Source of the DNA: Orbicella franksi
Lineage: Eukaryota
Length of the DNA stretch: 64,000 bases
Direction of reading: 5' to 3'
NCBI GenBank assembly: GCA_964199315.1
Contig: OZ116700.1
Span: forward strand, 14,880,001 to 14,944,000
Both the position numbers and the translations under genes were made by a program. Shown here in pieces: positions 36,601-48,600 of this stretch (positions within the stretch are counted from its first letter, which is position 1; every line of letters starts with the position of its first letter). Below the pieces are notes generated by a model. It saw only the letters and a program-made list of their open reading frames with translations, was not told the origin of the DNA and made no database searches.

Positions 36601-39600
36601 TAATTGTTATGCTGAAAATCAACTACAAATTCTGCATTTTCTTTTAGGTGGTACAAAACTCTGGGATAACAAAGAAAACCAAAGTGCAGTTCTTCAACTC
36701 ATATGTCCTTTCACAACTGGCTAATCTTTATCAGTATGTTAAGGATGCCAAGGAGGAGAACAACAACAAGGAACAATCTGATAAAACAGTGCGTCACAAC
36801 GTCCATGAACTGCTATTGAAGATCTGTGGGTCACTCAAACTTGGAATTTGTTTCTCCAATACTACTGGAGCATTTGCTACCAGGTACAGTCTTTTCATTT
36901 GTATGGAGTGATTTTGAATTCTCTTATCGTGAGTCTGAAGTACCTGTGTCAGGTATAGGCAAAAATTCACCTGTATGACATTAGGCATACCTGTACTGCA
37001 CAATACAATATGGCTGTAATTCCTAATTAATAAGAATGTTATCTTAACAATTAGATCATAAGCTCTAAATCTCTATTAAACAATTAAATTATGAGCTTGA
37101 GATTTCCATCGTGCGATAGTTGATGTGGGTGCAGACCTAGTCAACTATCACACATAGAAATCGAGAGCGAATAATCTAATTATTTTAGTATAATCTACTA
37201 GTCGTCAAAACTTTATTCAGATCCTTTTCACAGACAATTCGAAAACGCAAAGAAGCAGCCGTCATTTTGGTAACAACTGCACACTGCTATGCTACTCACT
37301 GTCTATCACAGAATAGGAAGTGTGTTGCGTAGCCAATCAGGGAACGGCATTTGTGATAGAACGCTAGTGGATTTATTCCAATGTGTGATAGATGACAAGG
37401 GCGCAGCCCAAGTCAACTAGAATAACACAGAAATGTAGAGCAAATAATGATTAATCAAATTGTTCTTATTAGTATAACTCTACTAGTTGTTTAAAACTGC
37501 ATCTAAACCCTCTTCATAGACACTTTGCAGATGCAAAAAAATTGACTGCAATCTTGTTAACAACTGTGTACTGCTTTCATGTAGAGCTCTACACACTATC
37601 TACAATAGAATAGATAGTGAAAAGAATGGCCAATAAGAGGTAATCATAATACAATACTAGTAGATTTATATATTAAATGCACATGTATGTAGATGTGTAA
37701 AGTAATATGTACATGTACATGTAGATGTGTGATTAATTGTAATTTTTGTTTTGTCAGGAGTAATAACCCAGTGTTATTGAAGTTCCTTCAAAGCTTAACT
37801 TCAGTAACAACAGATGTACTCATCCACGAACTGGTCATCACTGTGTTATCTTGCTGTCAAGATTTGGTCACACCTTTTCTTTCAAGTATGTCAGCAACAT
37901 ATGAACCCAGGCTTTCTATGCCATGGATTGCAAATATGAATCTGGTAACAAAGGTGAGAAAATGATGACGTAAAGTTCAAGGAACAATAAATATGTGACC
38001 TTTCACGCAAAAACGTGCTTTAACAACTCTCCGTTACATGAGTGAAACGAACGGCTCTCAAATGGGTTACAAATGGGTCACCAAGCCATTTGAAACGGGT
38101 TTCAATGATTGTTCGAATGGGTGATTAAGTATTTCAATTGCCGTTTACCATAGACATTCATTACAAGCCGTGGCAGTGATTCTGATGATTCTTTGCTGCT
38201 TAACAAAAGGTTTAAAGATCAGTATGTGTAATGCCTTTCGAAGAGCTCTAGCTACACTGTACATACATGTACATGTATAAGCTCGGCTCTTGTTCTTGTT
38301 GGGTGAGGCTCTTAATTCATTCAGTGGTATCAAAGTTTCTCTCCAATGAGCTGTATATTAAGAAGGTTGGTACTCAACAAAAATCAGCGAAGTCTTTATG
38401 CTGCCAGGGATAACTTGTTTTTGGCTAGTATACATGTATATCCCATTTACAGGAAGAAGTAATTTGCTACCCCATGCTTCAGGAACTGAGTTAAAGTGCT
38501 GATACTGGTTTTCATATCATTACATGTAACAGTATAAATAGTGATTCATCCCCCAAAAATAATTGTACCTGTATGTCATGGTCAATTTTCTTGGGTCTTG
38601 CCATCTCAATTTTTTGACTATAATGATGCAATTGTGGCTTCTTTTGCAAGGCTGAGAAAGTCTCTGGCTCGCACGGTATAAGTCTTCCTGTCTCATAAAG
38701 TCTTGGTCTTACCACTTGCTACCCATCATATTAGCAGTGGATCAGAAGTTGTAGATGTATTTTTTTGGACTAAGTAGTGGTATTCATGAAGATATGCTCT
38801 AAAGACAAGAATTGAATCAACTTGTTCCATGTCAGGCTTGCCCCTTCATTCCTGGTGAACATAGGGCTTGACCCAATTTATAAAATCTGTTGGTTTTGAT
38901 TTTGTAGATTTACATGGCACTGCCTCAGCCTTCACAAATGCTGGAGAAATCTGGTTTGAAGATGTCAGCAGAAATGCTACCAGCCTTGATCAATGTAGTT
39001 GTTCCTTTGGGAGTAAGCCGGATAGGCTTAAGTCGTGGAGTTCAGGTAATTTAGTTGAGAAGTTGTTACAAGACATTACTGCCTGAAATCATTTGGACAA
39101 TTGATATAAATTACGTGAACTGCAACCTTGGGCAGAATGTATACAATGCCCACAGGAGGAATGAGACTAAACTGCCTGGCTAAAAAAAAAAACTTGTGTG
39201 GGTACGATTGAAGACCTTGCATTGTTGTAATATTACTTACATGCTTCATTTGAAAACCATCAGTTTACACAGGGTTTCATTGAGGACCAGGTAATGGGCA
39301 ATTGACCGACTTTGAGGATGATTTTGCCCACCTGGTGTGACCATCTAGTGGAAAGTTTTTCTTATAATTAATAGAGAAGTGTAGTTCAAATAGTTTTGCC
39401 CGCCTGTGAAAGCCAGTTGCGCTCTTGCTGAAAATGTAATGAAACCCCTGTTACAGAACATTTGTTTACATATTTCGATGGCCATTCTCTAATATTTAGC
39501 TTTTCTTCTATCAATAGCATGCTAGTTCCCTGGTGAAGCATACAACATTATCACTGTTAGTCTTGATCCTCAAGAGAGCACAGAATACTGCAGGTTATCT

Positions 39601-39618
39601 GGCATCATCAACGTCGTT

Positions 39619-39659
<41 letters not shown>

Positions 39660-42600
39660 TACCACCACATCATACAAATGCTGCGTCACAGTCAGCTGAG
39701 ACACCATTACTGCAACATTTTAGAGAAGAGGTTATCAAGGCACTACCTGATGTAACAACCATCATTTCACTGCGGCAAAACCTTGTTAGTGGAAAAGCAA
39801 AGGCAGAGTCCCAAGAAGAAGGTACACATGTATGTGGTCAAATAAGAACCAAGACTCCCTGAATGTAATAATATATTCTACAAAAATTAAAAATAAATTA
39901 TTTTTTATTGTCTACTGGACAGAAATCTCTGAATGGACTTATGTTGTTTGTTTAAGTTTGGAGGGTGGCTGATTTCTAGGGGGATAATTTTGGCAAGATT
40001 ACATACGTGTACTGTACATGCACTGTCACTGTCTTTACCTGTTTTACTGAGACACATAGTCAGCAAGAAATGTTTTCTGTCAAGAAAAGAAATTAATATA
40101 AATAAATATAGTTTGCTGTACACTGTACCATGTACTTCATTTTCACACATATGTCAATTATTTTATTCTTCAGAGACAGCCTGTCCCACAGTTCTGCTAG
40201 CACAAAGTCTGAAAGTTATCTATGGATTTCTAATGCTATGGCCGTCAGTCCTTTCTCATGTTAACTTTGACCTCAGGAAATTATTACCAGGGCAGCAGGA
40301 GATGACTTTGCCGCCCATTGTACAGCAATTGACTTTGCAGATTCTACTGCAGGCCCCACCTGGTAGCCTAAAATGGTATCAGCAGGTCAGTATTACCCAG
40401 CAAATTTCAATTTACAGTACAAGCAATGTTAAGTTTGAGCACAGCGACATGTTTAGGAGGCAAGACATTGTAGGTTTGGTAAGGGGTGGTGCCTTTTGGT
40501 TGACAAGCGTACCAGGGGTTGGAACGCTTTAAGATTCGTTTGTATATGTTCATGCACTGTATGCTCTCTGCTGGAAAGATACAAAAATTCTACATGTGTA
40601 CATGTATCTCATGAAATCATCTTGGATACAGTCTGGTTAAATTACCTCGAAAAACTTGGCATTTTTTCCATAAGTTTTTGGGGTAGGAAAACTTACTGTA
40701 GGGGTACACACTGGTGTGATTTCATGTAATTTAGAGGAAGGATTGAAGAGAAAGATCTATGTAACAGGCGCTATTAAAGGGTGTGTATAGGGCTTTACAA
40801 GTGTTTTACTGCAAAATACACCACTTGTAAAATTTGAACAAAACAACATCCCGGTCTCGAGTGCCATATTTTCCATATCCTCACCAGTGAAGATATTGAT
40901 GACTTCTTTCATATCATGTTTGACCCTTAAACTGTACTCTTAAATTTGTTGGTGCATGATCGAAATGTCTTCATATTTTTCTCTTTCTTAGGGGGAACCT
41001 GAGCCTGATTTCATTTTTAACAGAACTTTGATGCATGTCAACGTAATATCTTTCCCTCTTGTGATTACTCATAATTAAGTTTCCATAATTTATGTTTTAG
41101 AAAGGTAAAAGCTCCACATCTTTTGTATACTCAGTGCTCAAATGGTATACATCAGCTAGAAGTGAGGATATCAAGAGTGAAGCTAAACAACTTCTCTGGA
41201 AGGTTAGTTTCTTAGGAAGAGACATCTTGTAGGAAATGGGGTACAGCAAAGTCTCATGGAAAAACATTTGTTCTGTGCAGTTGATTTTCGCTGGGTATGT
41301 GGTTTTGCTCAATTTTATACACTGTGAACATGGATCGAGGAAGTGGGGACAAAAATTAATAATTTATTGCAGTGACATTTAGTGTTTGATGTTAAGGAGC
41401 TGCCAGGGACATTGTGTTCTTGGGCAAGACACATTACTCCCTAAATAAGAGAAGATACAGAGAAACACAGTCTACGATTGTGGAGGCGCAGTGGCCTCAT
41501 GGTTAGTGCGCTCATCCCTGCCTTGAACGGTCTGGGTTGGAACCCTGGCCGGGGACAATGTATTGTGTTCTTGGGCAAGACCCTTTAATACTCTCTCAGT
41601 GCCTCTCTCCACCCAGGTGTTATTAACATTGCCAGAAGCCATGCTCCTTTTGGTCAGCACCAAGAATTGCGACCTCTGGCTGGACCTGATTTTCTGAGCA
41701 CGTGTAGAGTTTTTGTTTCATATTCTCAGCCAATCAGATTTGACAGATTTGACAGAAACTCTGTGAATTGCGGACTTCCGGTGTTGGACCAGCCCAGAGG
41801 TTGCGATTCTTGGTGCTGACCAAAAGGAGCACTGCCTCTGGGGATGACAATGTTCAGGTGTATAAATGGGCAATGGTGAATTTAATGCTGGGGTAACCCT
41901 GCAGTGGACTAGCATCCCATCCAGGGGGGAGTAGAAATATTGCTAGTTGCTTCATGCTGCAGAAACCAAGATAGGCTGCAGCGCAACCGGCCACTTATCA
42001 TGTTTGCAGACTTAACATACCATTACATGTACATTGGTGTTTGATGACATTTTTCAAAATATTTTTCGCAGCTTCTAAGTGAAATGGAGCTTGTCAGCAG
42101 CTCTCCTTATAGAAATGAAGTAGAAACTTGGTTGAGTCACCTGTGCCATAATCAACTATATGAAGGACACCGAGAGACACTTCTGAGGTTCTTAGATGAA
42201 GTATTCACTGCAGTAGCTGCTGAGCCATATGTGTACACAGACATTGTAATTGACATGCAGACTGAAGCAGTTGCTCGAGAGGCAAATGAGGTGCAGTTTG
42301 CTATGGACTCTACTGAATGGAATTGGTCCTCTGATAAAAGGTTTGACTTTGATTACTTGAATTTCTGTTTCAAGGATAAAATGGCCAGTCCCTTTTTCAG
42401 CGTCACCCATGCAGCCTTATGTGAGTAGTCACAGTTGCTGGTTTAATTACTTACAGTAATAACATGCAATATACACCCATTATGTACTTATCTTGCTCTT
42501 ATTGTCTTGTAAAAATAGTAGAATCATGATTAGAAAACTTACTGAGATTTGATTCTTTTCAGTCTGCCAGTGAGTCTACTTGTTGTTGGAGCTTTAAAGC

Positions 42601-45600
42601 ACTATTTACAGATGCTCTCTAAGATCAATGAATCAGATGAGGAGACAGCAGTGGGTAGTCTAGGTATGTACAGTGTAGGTATTTGAGTAATTATACCTTG
42701 AAATGTTAGGGACTTGGTGAACAATTGTTGTAATATACATGTCTGTAGAGTAAGCCTTCCAGCTTCTACAATGCACTGTAATGATAAATACAAAAAACTG
42801 CAAACAGCATTATTTTGTGCATTGACACGTAAAATGTTATATCTCTACAATTAGTTGAAAGTTATTCCTTGATCTTTGAGGAAGTGGAGGTTCATTTAGA
42901 AATTGAGGGATGCACATGCTACATTTTGGAAACACACAAAATAATATTATTAGCCCCCAAGAGTATTTATTTTAAAACAAAATGCATGAGACTAGACAAT
43001 TAATATCTTTTAGTTCAAATGTTTATGACAACTACTTTTATTCTCTACTGGGAACATAGCAACCTTATGTAATGTTCATCAGTTATTGTCAAAGACAAGT
43101 GATTTTATTTGTAATTTTTGATTAGTTTTCCTCTGGTTTCAGGTTGCATAGTCCGGTACATGAATTGTGTGATCTTTGATATGATTCACAGCACACTTAA
43201 TCCAGTCATTCTGTGCTTCACTGTGCTTCATTACTATGGTAGCATTGAACTGCCAGACCATGTGACCGTCATTAGAAGTTTGCACCAAGCCTTGCTGCAG
43301 TATGTGAACTGCTGGTTTCCTGCTCCAATGCGAGTGGAAGGTGTAACTGATGTTTTAAAGGTAATGTAAGGCCAAAATTGGGTTATGAGCACTAACAAAG
43401 TATGCAAAGTTATCTTTGTTTCTTTCCTTGATTTTTTCCCTCTGCTATCTTTCTGAAGAGATGCATGTAAGTTACAACTGTACATGGAGGTAACTTGGAT
43501 AAGGAATGCATTGTAGATGTGAAATACTGTAACTGTCAAATTTTGTCATGAGCAACATCAAAATATTAATAAGAAATTTAGTAATAAAAGTTAAATGAAG
43601 TTATTGCCTCACATTTGTGCACATTTCCTGTCCTTGCTTTTCCTTTGAATGACAGAGAATTTCATTGGATTTTGCATTGAGGCTGGAGTACATTCACTTT
43701 GAATTATACATGTATCAATGTTCAAACAGTAATGTGCAGTATTACTGCATTTAATAAAAAAACTATTTATTTTGAAAAACATTTAAGCAAGAAAATCAAC
43801 ATAAGTAAAGTAACCTGACATTTCAAAGTCTCAAAACGTCATGTTACTTTACTTATGTTTTTTTTCTTTAATTTAACAATTTTTTTAATTTCTTTATTAT
43901 TTACATGTACATTGACAATTACGGTTACAAGCATATTTACTAGATGCACTAACAATAAAAAAGAAAACACTGAACAAATAAATAAATAAATAAATAAGAA
44001 ATACAGTAATAGTTAAACACTACAATAAATAAATAAATAAATAAATAAATATACCAAAAACAAAAGGACAAAATAAATAAAATTAATGAATAAAGTACAA
44101 GACACATGCTGACAAAACTTTAATTGATGTTTAGTTAAGAAAGAGGCAATAATTTTTTCCATTTTTTTGTAGTGTTTATGGTACCTGTCATTTCTTTTGG
44201 CAATTTTTCTCTCTATATGATGAACTAATTTGATCTTTTCAAAGAAAATTCTTAATGTTGGTTTAGTTTTGTTCAGTTTACATGTATAAATAAAGTATTT
44301 AGCAATGAGTATTAAGTGATTCTAAATAGCAAAATCTTCATTGTCATTAAATACGCCAAACAGAATATTAATTAGTGTTAATGTCTCCGTAGATATGTTT
44401 TGTTTACTAATCCAAGATGAGAATGCTAGCCAAAAGCTTTTTGTTATAGTACAATGAAAGAGTAAATGTTCGAGGGATTCATCTTCTTTCTGACAAAATG
44501 TGCACAAAGGCGATTCAATCATTTTAAAATGGAACAACTTAACATTGGTGTATACGACATCGTTCAGTATTTTATATTATATTCAGTATTTTATATTCTA
44601 CTGTGACGGTAAACGGTAAAGAATAGATTTTTTTCCAATCAACCACAAGTTGGGGATATTTGCTTTTCATCTTTTTTGGAGCAGAGGGAGGAGTTTGTTT
44701 TTTAGTTCTAAATTGGTTATACAGTAATTTTGATGTTACTTTGGACAAATCGATTTCAGTTTCATCCAATTCAATATATACTTTATCTCCGAGGATTGAT
44801 GGATAGAAGTGTTGATTTGTTTGTGACTGTTTTATAGTAAGTCTCCACGCGATGGGAATAGCATCCACAACACCTATTAGCTTAAAATATTGAGTTGGGG
44901 ATAAATTTGCTGCCAATACCTTTGAACTTTGAAGAAATTTGCCCGTGTTAGATAGCAAGTCCCCAGTTTTTACTTATGTTAATTTTCTAGCTTAAATTAC
45001 TGCATTTGAAATTTTTGTGTATCTGACAGGAGCCACCAGTGGGCAAAGACAAAAGCTTGAAGGAGCTGTACAGTTTTTTGGCCAAGACTACTGTGAATAG
45101 TGAGCAAGGTAATGAACACTTTACTTTTGCTGTAGTTCTGAGGTGTAGAATGTGCAATGTAGGTCTGAGGTGTTTCAATATGCCAACGGGTGAGATCTGT
45201 TGGCATGCAATAGCCTCAGAAATAAACAATGAGATGTGTGAGTCATCACTGTGAAAATAACAACAGTGAGGAGCGATTCATCTCAGACATTTCTAATAAA
45301 AAAATAAAATATTAAATAATTAAGTAGTGACTCTTTTTATATACCAAGAAATATTCTTGTTTCGTCTCGAGTTCAAATCAAGTACTGTGGTGTTTCTGAG
45401 AAGGCACTGACTTTCTTAGATCCTGTCTTTAGAGAAGCCAATTTTGAAGTATTTAACTGAATGTATGACTGAAGTACTGATTGACAAGGTTGCCACAGGT
45501 CAGGGAATTATTTATTTGGTCAGGGAAATTTTGTTTCTATCAGGGAAGGTCAGTGAGGGAATTTTGAAAACTGAGGTTTCAATGTTTGTGGCAACCATGC

Positions 45601-48600
45601 TAGAGTTTGTACTCTCAGTCTGTTATAAACGATGTAAATCATCATGGATGTACAAGTACATGTGGTGTTCGTTTATCGCGATCTTTGTTGCTCGAAAACC
45701 TAACATGTATGTCAAACCTTGCCGTGTCGGAGGGAATAATTTCTGATATCAATCTGTAGATATAATTATTGGTTTCAAAAGTAATTCTCACTGATTTATT
45801 AGTTTCTTCATGTTCTTTGCAGACAAAGTAACAGCACTGACAGACTTGTATCGCTATCTTGAGTCCCTCAATGAATTGCAGCTCAGGACAGTAATTGTCA
45901 ACTGTGTTGACTTTTGCAAGCATCGACTTTCTGAGGATTTCTCACCCCTTGTTCAAGTTTTGCAAGTCAAGAATTATAATATAGCAGGTGACCAAATAAC
46001 ATATTAAATGAATCTACACTCCTCATCCTAAATAAAACTGTTACAAGATTTGGTGTGCTTGACATGGAAAAGACGAGTAGTACTGATATTGCAGTTGCAC
46101 TGTTGGAAGGTTTTTTTGCGTGTTTCGTCAGTAGGATCTTCTCTCTTATTTTGAAGTTCTCAACTGAAAAAAAGAAATATTACTGTTCTCTCCATTATTA
46201 ATGAAGTCTATGATTTAACGTATCACTAACGGAATACAAGTGACATATCCTTACAACCATTTTTGTCCACAATTTTAAAGGTTCCACATCTCCTGAAACC
46301 ATTGCCCCTCTGCTACAAGCCCTTCCCTTTAGCACCCTCTTGTGGCAGGTACTTGGAGAAGTTATTCAAGATACAAATACAGCTCCATATAAGGTAAAAC
46401 TGACGTCAGAAAGGTCTTCCCTTGAGGATAACACTTCAAGCCGTCTTCCTAGCTCATGGATGCAGAGCCTGTTGATGACAGCCTTAGAGAAGGAACCTTT
46501 GCTGAAGACTGTTCCACTTTGCTGTCATCTCTTACTGTATCTTTGTTCTCTCAAAACAAAGCTTGTCATTATTGCCAATCCAGCTGAACAGGGCGGACTG
46601 CAATCTGCAATGGAGCTGTGCTTTCAGTTGCTTCCGTATCTACTACAGCGTTTATTGGTGCTCCAACAGAGCATAAGCAAAGACAAGACAAATTCAGTGG
46701 AAGAGGTGCAAAATGCGGGTCACGTCAATGCTGTTATGGATTCCTACAAACCTGACAAACAGGAATTGAGTCACGTGGAAGACGCGTGTTGCACTGTTCT
46801 TCATCATCCTGTGGTTCTGAACAGCTTTCTTTGGAAGCCACGGCACCTGCCAGGCTCGTGTAATGTTTCACGGGATGTAGGCACTGAGCTGACATACAAT
46901 GTGGTCAACCTTCTGTTAGCTGTACTGCCAAGCCTAACATTGCTGCAGAAGAAGATTCTGATGGCTCCTTTTGTAAAGAAGCTTTGCAATGATGGAATGA
47001 TGGAAATCCAATCTGCACAAAATGGAAAGGGTAATATTTAGTTCTTAAAATGCAATCAAAGATGAGATATCATTTTGCTAGGAAATAGTCACTATACTAT
47101 CCAACTATGAATATGTATGTGTAGGGAAGGTACCGGCAAGGCTGGTGGAACCACGCCCTACCGGCTGAGCGTGCAAGGTTACCATGACAACCCTGTGAGC
47201 GGCAACTACTAGGCACTGTTGCACTGAAATACCAAGGGGGATTAAATACTTACCCTTTACTTATATTGGGGAGGGATGGGTTGAGAGCAAAACCTTTGAC
47301 AGCAACGTAAACGTGCGGCAACACGAGCGAAATGATTTACCTCAACAGAAGAGCTGTAAATTTCCAGGCCTCCCTGCAGAATCCAGACTGCCCTGCATCA
47401 AGGAGGGAAACCGCTGGCTAGCAATTGTTTCGAGTTTAAATTAGTCTGAATTACATTTGGCCACATTTAACGGATAGTTAAGTCTGCAAGTCCTTGCAAT
47501 TTGTGATTTTAAACAGTGGGTCTTTGTGTCAGTCTGCAGGCGCTACACAGCCGCTTGTTTGTTCTGACCAGAAAACAGTAAAATCCTTTTTAAGCACACA
47601 AATTTTGGATTTTCCTGAGCTGTTTTACATCTTCCTTAATTCCTCAAGTTGTCTTCTCTCCCTACCTACTTGCTTATACAAACTTGGAAGACTGTCTTCT
47701 CGTGACCGGTATCTTTTTTTGTTTTTTTTCTCTAAATAGTGGTGCCATCATCTCAAGCTCTCTATCTACTTGGCCTCTTTCATGACTACTGTGACAAAGA
47801 GCGCCAAACTGAATTCATCTCAAAGCTGGTGCAACTCCCATCCAGCATGCTAATGACAACTGATCCTGTATCAAAAGAAACAGCGCCATCTGTGTTTCTT
47901 GTGACTCTAATGATGTTGCTAGAAGGGGAATCACATGGTGAAGAAAAACTTCCACATTCATCATCTGCTCTTCTGAGAGACATTCCACTTAAGATGGAGG
48001 AACCACTCTCCGTGTCGCATTTCAAACAGTTGATCAAGATTTCCGAAGATGTGAATTGCACACAGCTGGATTCTGCCATTTTAAAACTTGTGCAGATGTC
48101 GTTACTGTATGTGGTCGCATCGTCAACCACCCTCCTTGATGCATGTCTCAACAAACCAACAGAAATCAAAGTTTCTATTGCTGTACATCTAGTCACTCAT
48201 TCTCCAGCTCTGAGGTCACATTTTGAACTTTGTTGTTTGAGCACACCCAACACGAAGAAGAAGAAGAAGCTGAAAACGTCAAGCAAACCTTTGTCAACCG
48301 TTTTAATAATATTTGAGGATCATCTGGTAGAATACCTTCCTTTAGTATCATCATATTTAAACTGTATCCAAGGAATGAGGGAAGAGACTTCAGGTGAGCA
48401 TTCATCAATGTTTTTTTTTTTTTTGGCTTTGTGATGCATTCGATTGCCGCAAGAGGCAAAAGTATAACTTTGCTTTGCGTCTGTTAGCTTCAAAATTTAA
48501 ATTTTCTTAAATGTTTTATTTCTGGTGTTGTGAGCTTCTTTCAGGTATTCTTGCCACCCAATGCCCATGCTCTCAATCGTTTTTGGCAAAAATAAAAGCA

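Noticed and set aside
38512-38870. Antisense reading frame in URB1 intron 7 that looked like a decayed gene
   Set aside because: Three stops in about 100 codons is not clearly different from chance, and no motif was recognised.
41480-41560. tRNA-like sequence
   Set aside because: No complete cloverleaf or acceptor stem. It continues into a SINE body, so it is a SINE head rather than a tRNA gene.
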